Assembly (NCBI GenBank): GCA_943332855.1
Contig: CALQRA010000001.1
Coordinates: 3,276-67,275 of the forward strand
DNA length: 64,000 nt
Origin: Candidatus Kuenenia stuttgartensis
Lineage (GTDB): Bacteria > Planctomycetota > Planctomycetia > Pirellulales > UBA1268
Direction of reading: 5' to 3'
Each line of letters begins with the position of its first letter. Positions within the stretch are counted from its first letter, which is position 1. A program made the translations under genes and the position numbers. Under the pieces are notes generated by a model, which saw only the letters and a program-made list of their open reading frames with translations, had not been told where the DNA came from and searched no databases. This document shows, one piece after another, positions 1-9,120 of this stretch.

Positions 1-725
1 AGCCGTGCTTCGGAGACTTCGTCTTCCCGGCCGAAGAAGACTTCGGCGTGCTCGAACTTAAAACTTTCGAGGCCGAGGAAGGGGGGGCCGCGTTCGTCGA
101 TCTCCCAGGCGGGGCGGCCGATCTGGTCGCCCGTCAGACCGTCGAGGATCTCCTGGAGGTGGATCCGGAGGCGTTCGCTGAAGAACTGGGGGCGCTGGTA
201 GGTGTGATAAGCACGGATGTTCGTGCCGGTCTCGGCGTCGTGAAACTCCTCCTCGATGAAGCTCGCCACGAGCTTTCGTTGCCGGAGGGCTTCTTCCTTC
301 TCGGCAGGCGTCTTGCCGCGGAGCGATTCGTCAAAGGTCGCCTCGTCTTGCCGCATGTAGGCGAGGATGTGGGGGCGCAGGCCGGCTTGGGCGTCGCGCG
401 CCTGGAGCATCATGTCGAGCTCGCGCTCGGTGCCGGAGCGGTAGGTGCGGCCGTCGGGGCGCTGGAAGTAGCCCCCTAAAGCAGACCCGAGCCGCGACCA
501 GAGAATGAAGACGGCGATGTCGACGCCACGGTCACGCGACAGGAGCAGATCGATCCCTTCTTGAAACCCGGTCTCGAGCCCGAGCGGCATGTCTTCCCAG
601 AGGACGGGAAGCAGCTCGAAGTGCCGGGCATAGCGGCGCCGCAAGCCCTGCACCACCTGCCGGGCCCGTTCCCGCTCCTCGGCGACGTCTCCCGGGGACG
701 AAATAAAGATTCGCAGCGTTTGCAT
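1..725 (-). CDS. TIR-like/DUF4062-type N-terminal domain protein entering a STAND-type NTPase module (3' part lies outside the window)
   Basis: Minus-strand ORF open at the left edge, so absent from the ORF track. ATG at 725-723. Translation starts MQTLRIFISSPGDVAEERERARQVV (IFISS-x-D-x3-ER opening typical of DUF4062/TIR-like domains). About 225 aa in it reads PPFLGLESFKFEHAEVFFGREDEVSEA, the usual entry motif of STAND/AAA NTPase modules. Confidence 0.55.
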   Translation of the reverse strand, partial: MQTLRIFISSPGDVAEERERARQVVQGLRRRYARHFELLPVLWEDMPLGLETGFQEGIDLLLSRDRGVDIAVFILWSRLGSALGGYFQRPDGRTYRSGTERELDMMLQARDAQAGLRPHILAYMRQDEATFDESLRGKTPAEKEEALRQRKLVASFIEEEFHDAETGTNIRAYHTYQRPQFFSERLRIHLQEILDGLTGDQIGRPAWEIDERGPPFLGLESFKFEHAEVFFGREDEVSEAR

Positions 726-776
726 GATGGGGGATCCGGGGAGGGACGCGAGGAATACAGGGGAGCGGCGACGCGA

Positions 777-1727
777 TCACGGATTCGCCGGGACATCGGC
801 TGGCGGTTCGGGAGATGCGGCCGGGGGGGCGGGATCGACGGGGACCTCGAGCGCCGCCGGGGCCGGTGCCGCGGGCCCTGCCATCACCTCGTCGATGAGC
901 TGCTTAAAGGTGTCGTGCGGCCGGGCGCCGACGATCCGGCGGCGGATAATTCCCTCCCGGTCGACTAGAAATGTCGTCGGCACCGCACTGATCTGGTCGA
1001 ACGGCGCGGGCCAGCCGCTGCCGGAGACGAGCCGGTAGGGGATGTCGCGCGTCGACGCATGGCCACCGATCGTCGCCGCGTCCTCGTCGCTGATACCGAT
1101 GATGACGAGCTTCTCCTCGCCATACTCCCGGGAGAGGCGGGCGAGCGACGGAATCTCGGCAAGGCAGGGGGGGCACCAGGTGGCGTAGAAGTTGAGCATC
1201 ACGACGCGGCCGCGGAAGTCGGCGAGGGTGACGGGGGGGCCGGCGAGGGGGGTGAGGGTGATCTCCGGCGCCGGCAGGTCGAGTGTCTCGGCGGCCTTCT
1301 CTCCGCCGCCGAGTTGGCCGAGCGTCGCTTCGAGCTGCCGCGCCTGGTAGGCCGGGGCGAGGACCTGATCGGCCCACAGCCCGAGCGTGAGGCCGACGGC
1401 CGCGATCGCGCCGAGGACTAGGCCGATCGAGCCGATCCGTTCCGGTGGCAGAGCCGCGATCGGGCCGATGACCGGCTCGGTGATCGTGGCCTTCAGCCTC
1501 CGGTTGATCCAGTGGGTGCGATTGGCGACCCACAAAAACGCCAGGACCAGGAACGGCAGCCCGACGATCACGAGCAGCGCGGCTGCCGCCATCAGCGGCA
1601 GCAGCATCGACATGGCATCCTCACCCCCGCCGAGGAACGGCAGCATGAGCCCGATCAGAAAACCACCGAGAATCGGGGCGCTCACGAGAAGACCGCCGAT
1701 CGCAAGGATCCAGAAAACGATGTTCAT
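777..1727 (-). CDS. membrane-anchored TlpA/ResA-like thiol:disulfide oxidoreductase (thioredoxin fold)
   Basis: 316-aa ORF with N-terminal hydrophobic helices, then FYATWCPPCLAEIP (WCxxC redox motif) and VPTTFLVDREG, typical of TlpA-family redoxins. Confidence 0.8.
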   Translation of the reverse strand: MNIVFWILAIGGLLVSAPILGGFLIGLMLPFLGGGEDAMSMLLPLMAAAALLVIVGLPFLVLAFLWVANRTHWINRRLKATITEPVIGPIAALPPERIGSIGLVLGAIAAVGLTLGLWADQVLAPAYQARQLEATLGQLGGGEKAAETLDLPAPEITLTPLAGPPVTLADFRGRVVMLNFYATWCPPCLAEIPSLARLSREYGEEKLVIIGISDEDAATIGGHASTRDIPYRLVSGSGWPAPFDQISAVPTTFLVDREGIIRRRIVGARPHDTFKQLIDEVMAGPAAPAPAALEVPVDPAPPAASPEPPADVPANP

Positions 1728-1745
1728 CGATCCTGCCAGCCGCTT

Positions 1746-2297
1746 TCAGGTCAGCCCTCCTCGGATCGCCAGCTGGGCCGGGGCTTCGTCGGCACCGATC
1801 GATGCCAGCCACCGGCAGAAGCGGTGGGCCCACGCGGCGTAGAACAGGCCGTAGAGGATGGGGAGCCACTCGGTCATCTGGACGAGCCCGGCCGGGCCGT
1901 CGAGCAGGTAGGTCGCCACGCGGATCGCGCCAAACAGGCCGGCGCCGATCGCGATCACGGCGAGGAGCGTCCACGCCGAGGCCCGCGACGGCTGTGGGCC
2001 GGCGGTGAGGAGCACCACCCCTGCGACGATCATCATCTGGAGGAACAACAGGATCGGTGTCTTAACGGTAAACCACCACTGCACCAGCTGCGCCGCGATC
2101 GGGGTCCGCTGCACCAGCAGGAACAATCCGAAGATCGCCCCGAGAAGGATGAGCCCCGCCGACAACTCGATCCCCCAGTGGATCAGCCACACCCCGCGGC
2201 GCGTGAGGGCGAGAGGGGGCTGGGTCGCCCCGGCTCCGGAAGACGGGGCTCCCCAGGCGTTCGGTGAGGGCTCGACCGCGTGGCTTTCGGGGGGCAT
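1746..2297 (-). CDS. hypothetical integral membrane protein
   Basis: ORF 1746..2579 trimmed to the internal ATG at 2297 because the upstream part is Pro/Arg-rich and not protein-like. The remaining 183 aa has 4-5 hydrophobic helices. No family recognised. Confidence 0.45.
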   Translation of the reverse strand: MPPESHAVEPSPNAWGAPSSGAGATQPPLALTRRGVWLIHWGIELSAGLILLGAIFGLFLLVQRTPIAAQLVQWWFTVKTPILLFLQMMIVAGVVLLTAGPQPSRASAWTLLAVIAIGAGLFGAIRVATYLLDGPAGLVQMTEWLPILYGLFYAAWAHRFCRWLASIGADEAPAQLAIRGGLT

Positions 2298-2598
2298 CGG
2301 GATCACTCCGGGGAGGGGCAATGGGGCGGGGCGGGAGGATATGGCGACGAACCACAATCCCCCCTTAGCAGGTATCATACCCCAATGGGCTGAGGCGCGC
2401 TCAGGAAGCGTATGAAACCCCCCAGAAAATCCAAGACGCCCGCACTGAGCGACCGATGTGGAGCTCCGGGCAGCGCCCCGCAGCGGGGGCCGAGGAACGG
2501 ATGACCGCCTGGGAGAAGGCAGGGCCGGGCGCACGGCCACCTGCGGCTGCCCGCCGTTCGGCGGCGGGACGGGAGGCACAGGAAGGGAAGGGGGGCTG

Positions 2599-3885
2599 TC
2601 AGTCGATCTCGAGCCGGAGCGTGCCGTCGTCGTCGGCGATGACCTTCAGAAGCGGCGGCCGGTTTGGCTCGGGGTGGGCGCTGCTACCGCCGCTGGAGAG
2701 ATCGCTGCTGTCGACGACCTCGCCACCGGCGCGGGTGAGAAACTTCCGCAGCGTCTCGGTGTCGACCGTATCGGCGATGATGTGGACCGAGCCGTCGGCG
2801 AAAGCGAAGAGACCGACCCTGCCTTGACCGACCGGATGGATCGCACCGATCCCCGCCGGCTTCCCGATCCCGGGGAAGGCGTCGTCGAGGACGATGTCTT
2901 CCGGCTTCGTCCAGGGGATTTTCCGAGCGGGATCGACCGTGGCGAACAGGATCGTTCTCGAAAGCCCGTCGGTGATGCTCGCGAAGCCGACTTTCTTCGC
3001 GGTCTTCAGGCAGGCAGGGAAGTCATCGGCCGATGTCATCGTCACCGCGCCGGGCTGAAAGATCGCCGCCTCCCCGGTGATCGCCGCGTAGTCGGTGAGG
3101 GTATCGAGGGGGCCTTCGCGGGCCGGATCGCGGAACACCGCGGGCATCTTTTCGGCGACCGCCAAGTTCTTCGGCGAGTCCCATGGCTGGGAGAAGTCGT
3201 ACTGCTTGTACAACGCCATCTCATCGAGGAAAGGTAGGAGGAGGACGCGCCACGAGTGCCACGGCTTGCCGTCGGGTCCGATCACGGCCGCCGGCGGGAA
3301 ACAGCCGTAGGTGTCGTGGAAGTTGTGGAAGCCGAGAGCGAGTTGCTTGAGGTGGTTGCTCGATGCGGTGCGGCGGGCCGCAGCACGGGCCTTGGCAATC
3401 GGATTGAACGAGCCGAGGCCGTTGGCGAGCGGCTTGGCCTTGGCGACAAGGAGATCGGGGAGACTGCGGATCGCTTTCGTGGTGGCGGTGTCGACGGGCC
3501 GCTCACCGACCAGCCCCGTGAACGGTCGGCCGAGGACGGCGGGGCCTTCTTGAACGGCCGGGAGCGCACCGGGGCCAAACGTCGCCACGGCGACATTCCC
3601 TTCGAGAATCTCTGCGACCTTGACTCGGACAAGCGTGTCGAGAGGGCCTCCCTTCTTCGAAGCGACAACAAGCACGGCCTGCCCCTCGGCGGGGATCGAC
3701 AACATCGCCCCTTCGGCACGCTCGATCCGGACCTGGCGCGTCGTCGCGTCGACGGCGACGATCCGGTGCGTCGGCTCGGGGCTGAAGAGCGGATAGCTCA
3801 TGACGACGCGCTCTTCCGCGCTCGCCACGGCCACGAGCGCCAGAAAAAACAACAGTCCGTGAGCGACGGCGAGCGTCGAACGCAT
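2599..3885 (-). CDS. DUF1559 domain protein with Sec-type signal peptide and extra N-terminal domain (no prepilin N-terminus)
   Basis: ORF trimmed to ATG 3885, giving signal peptide MRSTLAVAHGLLFFLALVAVASA. The C-terminal ~260 aa has DUF1559 hallmarks (SSNHLKQLALGFHNFHDTYGCFPPA; WRVLLLPFLD; FADGSVH). Confidence 0.7.
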   Translation of the reverse strand: MRSTLAVAHGLLFFLALVAVASAEERVVMSYPLFSPEPTHRIVAVDATTRQVRIERAEGAMLSIPAEGQAVLVVASKKGGPLDTLVRVKVAEILEGNVAVATFGPGALPAVQEGPAVLGRPFTGLVGERPVDTATTKAIRSLPDLLVAKAKPLANGLGSFNPIAKARAAARRTASSNHLKQLALGFHNFHDTYGCFPPAAVIGPDGKPWHSWRVLLLPFLDEMALYKQYDFSQPWDSPKNLAVAEKMPAVFRDPAREGPLDTLTDYAAITGEAAIFQPGAVTMTSADDFPACLKTAKKVGFASITDGLSRTILFATVDPARKIPWTKPEDIVLDDAFPGIGKPAGIGAIHPVGQGRVGLFAFADGSVHIIADTVDTETLRKFLTRAGGEVVDSSDLSSGGSSAHPEPNRPPLLKVIADDDGTLRLEID

Positions 3886-4007
3886 GACAAATCCCCCGGT
3901 GGCCGAGTGTGCAACCCCGATCGCAGTCTGCCACAACCTCTCTCCTCCGCCAACGGCCGTGACGGGGGCGACACGACGTTGTCCGGAAAGGCTCGCGTCA
4001 ACCGGCG

Positions 4008-7000
4008 TCACTTCTCCCACACAAAGATCTCCGACACGCCGCTGCGCGAGGCCCCCCGGTGGGTGAAGACAACGCGCACCTTCGCCGCCGTCACCGGCTT
4101 GAACGTTCCTTCGTTGACCCCGTTGCCGAGCGGCTGCTCGGGCGTGTGGACTTCGTCGTCGACGGGCTTCCAGGCCCCGTCCGCGAGGACCTCGACGTGA
4201 AACTGCTCGGGCGACTGGACGCCGCCCCGGTCGTCGTAGAGGGCCAGCTCGATCCGGGAGAAGGTCCGCGGGGCACCAAAATCGACCGCCAGCCAGTCGG
4301 TGGCGTTTGGGGATTCGTAGGCCGTCCAGCGGTTGTTGGGGTTTGTCTGATAGGAGACGATCCCGTCGATCGCCCGCTCGACCCGGTCATAGCGTGAGGT
4401 GTGCGAAGCGGTCGCCTTGGGGAAGTCGGGGGCGCCCGCGCCGCCGGCATTGAAGGCGAGGTTGCCGGCCGGCGCGGGGGCAGGCTCGAGCGGCAGAAGC
4501 GCTTCTCCCCATAGTTCGACTTCCGATAGCCCGACGCGCATCCCGGGGCGGGGTGTGAGCTCGATCCGCAGTTTTTGGAGGTTGCGCGGGGCGAAGTGGA
4601 TGTGGTTTGCCATGTGCCCCTCGGGATCCTGCGGCAGTTGCCTCGTGATCGGCAGCGGCTCCCAGTCGGTGCCGTTCCAGGTTTCAACAGCGATGGTCTT
4701 CGGCGCGCGAACGTCGGAGGGGAGGGTGTCGCGGCCCGGCACGGCGGCGTCGGCGGTGCCAGCGAGAATCCCGGGCTCGTCGTCGAGGAGGAAAAGCGCG
4801 AGCGTGTCGCCCCGGCGCGGAACCCCGAGATCGAGGACGAGCGATTCCGGCGCGCCGGCCGTGGCGCTCTCCCAGCGGTTTGGTGGCGACCGCAGATACC
4901 AAGCGACGCCGTCGGCGAGCGCTGCGGGGGACGTACCGGGGCGGATCGAGGTGGGAACGATGCGGGGGAAATAGGTGCCGTCGTTGTTGACCGCGACGTT
5001 GACCCGCGTCGGCACGATTCCCGGCTTCAGTCCCTCGTCAACAAGCCCCGCCGTGACCAGCGCCGCAGAGACCGGCGGGAGCGGCGCCGTCAGCCGCCCC
5101 ACCGTCGGCGATGACGCAATCACACGGCCATCGGCGAGGAGATGGAGACCGGGGCCGAGGCCGTAGCGCGAGCCGTCGCGATCCCACACCACCCCCACCT
5201 CACGCCCTCGGTAGATCAGCCGGTCGAGCCGCAGGTAATCCCATTCCGGGGGAAACAGCGGGCGGATTTCGAGCGTGTCGTCGGCACGGGGAATGAGGCC
5301 GACAAGCCCTGTGATCACGAGGTCGGCGTAGCCGGAATGGAAGTAGTGCTCGCTGTGATTGAAGGCATCGTGCCCTTCGAAGCTGCCGGTGTCGGGATGG
5401 CAGGCTTCGGCAAGGTACGGCCGCCCGGCCTTCCGGTGGGTGCGGGCATAGGTGTTGAGGAGCGCGACGTAGTCCTTGGCCGAGACCACCTCCTGGAGCC
5501 CCGGGCCGTTGTTGTCGAAGCCAGGAGAGCGGTACTGAAGAACGTTGGCGAGGGCCTTGAGCGTCTGGGTCGTGGCGTAGGGCCAGCTCTGGCCGCTCCA
5601 CCAGCAGCAGTGGGGCTGGAGGATGAAGAGCGGATCGTGCCGCTCGACGGTCGCGGGGCCGAAGGGCGCCTGGAAGAACTCCGGGTCGCCGAGGTATTTC
5701 CAGGCCTCTTCAAAACCCTTGCCGCGCGACGGCATGTCGAACTGCCAGGGGACGTAGCCGATCAGCTCGCGGCCATGCGGGCTGCCGGCGAAGCGGCCCG
5801 AATCGTAGATCCGGCTCCCGGCCGCGACAGAGGCGCCGTCGAGCGTTTCATCATCGCGGAAGGCGGCGAGGAAGAAACCGCGGCGCTCGTCCCACAAGCT
5901 CTCTTCCATCTTTTCCCGTAGCGCCTCCGCGGCGGCCCGGTGTTCAGCGGCCTTGGCGGGCTCCCCGAGGAGATCCTCCATCCGCGAAAGCGCCACGAGA
6001 TCGGCCCACTGGTAGGCGATGAAGCTTGGCCGATAGCTCGGCGCGCCGCGCAGAATGTCGGTCGTCTGGCGGCTGGCAATATTGAACTCCATCCCGTCGT
6101 CGTGTCCCACCTGCCAGTACAGCCCGGTCGACTCGACGAAGTGCCTGTCGCGCCAGGCTTGCGTGTTCGCTTCGAGGCCGGGAAGGATGTCGCCGGGGAA
6201 GACGGTCGTGACCGTGGCGGCGGGGTGGCCGGCAGCGCCGAGATGGAGGCGGGCGGGATGGACAAGATGGACGCCCCACACCGCGTCGGCGAGCCAGGTG
6301 GAATAGTTGCGCGGCTGGGCGCCGGGGGTGTTGACCCAGTATCGAGCGTAATCGCGGGCGACTCGTGGCGAGCGGAGCCAGCGGGCCTCGGCGAGCTGAT
6401 GGCCCGCGGGGCAGGAGATGGCCCCGTACGCGCCCGACCAAAACGGCCGGTCGAGAAACTCGGTGAACAGATAGCCGCTGTTCGGCGAGCCGTAGGTGAG
6501 ATGTTTGGTGAGGAGTTCCCAGCGGTACCACCAGGTCGTCACGATGTCGGCGTCGGGGCAGTCGAAGAGCGGAACGTTTTCCAGATACCACGCCTGATCG
6601 CATCGATCCCAGAACGTCTCCCGCTCCATGAGGATCGCCTGGGATCGCTCGGCCTTCTCGCTCCACTGGCTGGCGGGCTCGGCCTGGGCCCGGAGGGGAA
6701 GCGTGACCGTGATCATGACCACCAGCGCACCGATCCATGCCGGGATCGGGCCGATCGCCAGGGCTGCCCCCGGCGGCGGGCCGGCTTCGCTTGTCGCCGC
6801 GGCGGTGCCGCGCGGGGGGAGGTGATCATCGTCGGCAAGCGGCGCCGGGCCGCGGCCGCTGGAACGGACATCGGGAAGGAGGATCGCGCCGAGCGGCTGG
6901 AGGAGGCCGGCGACGAGGAACGTCGTCGGGGCGTCCAACCAATCACTCACCGGCCCGGCCAACTTAGAGCCCCAAACCGTGGCGAGGTTCATCAGCGCCA

Positions 7001-8111
7001 TCGAAGCGGTGAACTGCGTCGCGGCGACCGCCGGCGTCGAGACCCGCATGAAGAGGGCGAAGAGCGACACCGACAGGAACGCCAGGCAGGCTTCGTGGAT
7101 TCCAAACCATAGATAGATCGTCATCTCGTGCTCCCAGAGGGATGGAATGGCCGCGAGGAGGATCCAGGAGGCGGCGAGGATCGAATTGGCGGCGACGGCA
7201 GTGGTTTTGGGGCCGATGAAGGCAGCCAGGAAGCCGGCGGCGACCGCGGCGGCCAGGCCGAGGAGATTTCCAAAGCCGCCACTGACCTCGGCGAAGCGCG
7301 CCTCCGTCCAACCGAGGTGTTTGAACATCTGTACCGTCATCGTCACATAGAGCATCGCCGGAAGGATCTTCATGAGCACCGCCCCGACGCCCGTCCGCAG
7401 CGCCGCGGGGCGCACCATGGCGATCGCCAGTTGGGAGAGGAGAGCCACCGGCCCGAGACCTGGGGCGACGGTGGCGGCAGCCTCTGCAGATCTGGCCGGC
7501 CCGAAGAAGAACCGGTCCCCTGGCCGTTCGCGGATCGCGAAGACGGCGCCGAGGGTGACGGCCTGGATCGCGGCGAGGGCGAGAACGGCCGTGGGAAGGC
7601 CGTAGGTCGCCATCACGAGGCCGAGCCCCGCCCCGCCGAGCATCGTGCCGACATACGACGAGCCATACATCATCCCGCTGGCCCGCTCGCGCTGGTTCCC
7701 CTCGAGCATGTCGACGGCGAGGGCGTCGATCGCCACGTCCTGAAGGGCGACGAAGATGTTGTGGAGGAGGACGAGCCAGCCGAGGAGCGCGGTGTCGCCG
7801 CCGGCCCGCAGGAACAGGAGCGCCGTGACGATCATCATCGTCTGCGCGAGGATCAGCCACGGTCGTCGGCGGCCCAAGCCCCCGCACAGCCCGGAGTCGA
7901 CCACTGGCCCCCACAGCCACTTGAAGCTCCAGGGGAGAATGGCCATGGCGATGATGTTGCCGACGGCGTTCTCCTCGCCGCCGTGACTGGCCAGCCACGC
8001 TGCCAGGGCCACCGTCACAAAGCCGAAGGGGATTCCCTGGGCGACATAGATCGCGCAGCAAAAAACGAGTCGGAGAAGGGGCCTCGTGGCGAGGGTGACG
8101 GGGGTGTCCAT
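4008..8111 (-). CDS. fusion protein: AmpG-like MFS permease + extra helix + (alpha/alpha)6-type glycoside hydrolase-like domain + two F5/8 type C (discoidin) domains
   Basis: Continuous 1367-aa ORF. aa 1-412 has ~12 TM helices with WSFKWLWGPVVD, typical of AmpG-like MFS. aa 449-472 is a hydrophobic helix followed by RAQAEP. The middle part reads WYLENVPLFDCPD...HSEHYFHSGYADLVITGLVGL, like MGH1/GH63-type barrels (family uncertain). The C-terminus carries two discoidin-like modules (RWESATAG...LDLG; RWTAYESPNATDWLAVDFG). Confidence 0.7.
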   Translation of the reverse strand: MDTPVTLATRPLLRLVFCCAIYVAQGIPFGFVTVALAAWLASHGGEENAVGNIIAMAILPWSFKWLWGPVVDSGLCGGLGRRRPWLILAQTMMIVTALLFLRAGGDTALLGWLVLLHNIFVALQDVAIDALAVDMLEGNQRERASGMMYGSSYVGTMLGGAGLGLVMATYGLPTAVLALAAIQAVTLGAVFAIRERPGDRFFFGPARSAEAAATVAPGLGPVALLSQLAIAMVRPAALRTGVGAVLMKILPAMLYVTMTVQMFKHLGWTEARFAEVSGGFGNLLGLAAAVAAGFLAAFIGPKTTAVAANSILAASWILLAAIPSLWEHEMTIYLWFGIHEACLAFLSVSLFALFMRVSTPAVAATQFTASMALMNLATVWGSKLAGPVSDWLDAPTTFLVAGLLQPLGAILLPDVRSSGRGPAPLADDDHLPPRGTAAATSEAGPPPGAALAIGPIPAWIGALVVMITVTLPLRAQAEPASQWSEKAERSQAILMERETFWDRCDQAWYLENVPLFDCPDADIVTTWWYRWELLTKHLTYGSPNSGYLFTEFLDRPFWSGAYGAISCPAGHQLAEARWLRSPRVARDYARYWVNTPGAQPRNYSTWLADAVWGVHLVHPARLHLGAAGHPAATVTTVFPGDILPGLEANTQAWRDRHFVESTGLYWQVGHDDGMEFNIASRQTTDILRGAPSYRPSFIAYQWADLVALSRMEDLLGEPAKAAEHRAAAEALREKMEESLWDERRGFFLAAFRDDETLDGASVAAGSRIYDSGRFAGSPHGRELIGYVPWQFDMPSRGKGFEEAWKYLGDPEFFQAPFGPATVERHDPLFILQPHCCWWSGQSWPYATTQTLKALANVLQYRSPGFDNNGPGLQEVVSAKDYVALLNTYARTHRKAGRPYLAEACHPDTGSFEGHDAFNHSEHYFHSGYADLVITGLVGLIPRADDTLEIRPLFPPEWDYLRLDRLIYRGREVGVVWDRDGSRYGLGPGLHLLADGRVIASSPTVGRLTAPLPPVSAALVTAGLVDEGLKPGIVPTRVNVAVNNDGTYFPRIVPTSIRPGTSPAALADGVAWYLRSPPNRWESATAGAPESLVLDLGVPRRGDTLALFLLDDEPGILAGTADAAVPGRDTLPSDVRAPKTIAVETWNGTDWEPLPITRQLPQDPEGHMANHIHFAPRNLQKLRIELTPRPGMRVGLSEVELWGEALLPLEPAPAPAGNLAFNAGGAGAPDFPKATASHTSRYDRVERAIDGIVSYQTNPNNRWTAYESPNATDWLAVDFGAPRTFSRIELALYDDRGGVQSPEQFHVEVLADGAWKPVDDEVHTPEQPLGNGVNEGTFKPVTAAKVRVVFTHRGASRSGVSEIFVWEK

Positions 8112-8405
8112 GCGGCGAGCCTATCAGCCGCCGCCGGTGGGGTGCCAACGGGCCCTGATGCCATGGTCGAAGTCCGTCGGCCTCCAGGGGTGGAAGGGAG
8201 CTGGAGAACGGTTTGCCGAAAGGTGCGAAGGCCCCAGGAATGACGCCCACGAATCCGGCGGAGACCTTCATTCTGACTGCGGACGCGTCGAACGATGGCT
8301 TGCATGGCAGGGGCGTTCGTGGTGATACTCTTCCGCAATGATGAACGGGCGGGCGGCCCGGCGCATCCCTCTTGCACGCCGCTGACCCCCACCGGAGAAC
8401 GTTCC

Positions 8406-9062
8406 ATGAAGTCGATCGTTTTCGTGCTGATGCTCGTGGCTGGACTCGTCGCGACGCTGGCCCACGCCGCCCCCGATGCCGGATCGAAGGCTCGTGGCAG
8501 CTACAACTTCTACTCGCACAGCTCGCACAACTCCTTCTCGAGCGCCCGCTCCCACGTCGAGGGCTACCAGGGCTACCTCAATGAAACGCATGGCGTGGCC
8601 GTGCCCGCCCATTCCGCGACCACCGCGACGGTGCCGGCCGCGTCGGTGTCAGTCGCCCGTCCGTCAGCCCCCGTGGCGGTTTCATCGAAGCCCGTCGTCG
8701 TTGATCACGAGGCGGAGATCGCGGCCCATGGGGCCGTCGACGCGGAAGTCGCGCGCGACGCGAGCGACGCCCTCGGCGACGACATCGAGCGGATCCAAAA
8801 GCATGTCAAGCGGATGCGGACGCACGCCGAAGAACTCGGCGACAAGGAAGCCCTTACGATCCTCTCTGACATCGAGAAGAATCTCGGTGTCGCCCGCCGC
8901 GGCCATGCCGACCTCCACGAGCATCACGCCGAGGACAAGATCGCGCCGAAGACGGCGATGGCACTGGCGCAGAGCGTCAATGATGCCCTCCGTGCGGCCC
9001 ACGCCGACCACGACAAGCTCATGAAGCGGCTCCATGAAGCCGACGAGCCGGCCGGAAAGTGA
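8406..9062 (+). CDS. secreted hypothetical protein, His-rich helical C-terminus
   Basis: ORF 8295..9062 trimmed to ATG 8406, giving signal peptide MKSIVFVLMLVAGLVATLAHA. The C-terminal part is rich in H/D/E (HADLHEHHAEDK, AHADHDKLMKRLHE). No family recognised. Confidence 0.5.
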   Translation: MKSIVFVLMLVAGLVATLAHAAPDAGSKARGSYNFYSHSSHNSFSSARSHVEGYQGYLNETHGVAVPAHSATTATVPAASVSVARPSAPVAVSSKPVVVDHEAEIAAHGAVDAEVARDASDALGDDIERIQKHVKRMRTHAEELGDKEALTILSDIEKNLGVARRGHADLHEHHAEDKIAPKTAMALAQSVNDALRAAHADHDKLMKRLHEADEPAGK

Positions 9063-9120
9063 TTCCTGGGCGGCTTCGCTCGCCGCTGCAAAACCGAGGG
9101 GCGCCTCGCGGGATGCGCCG

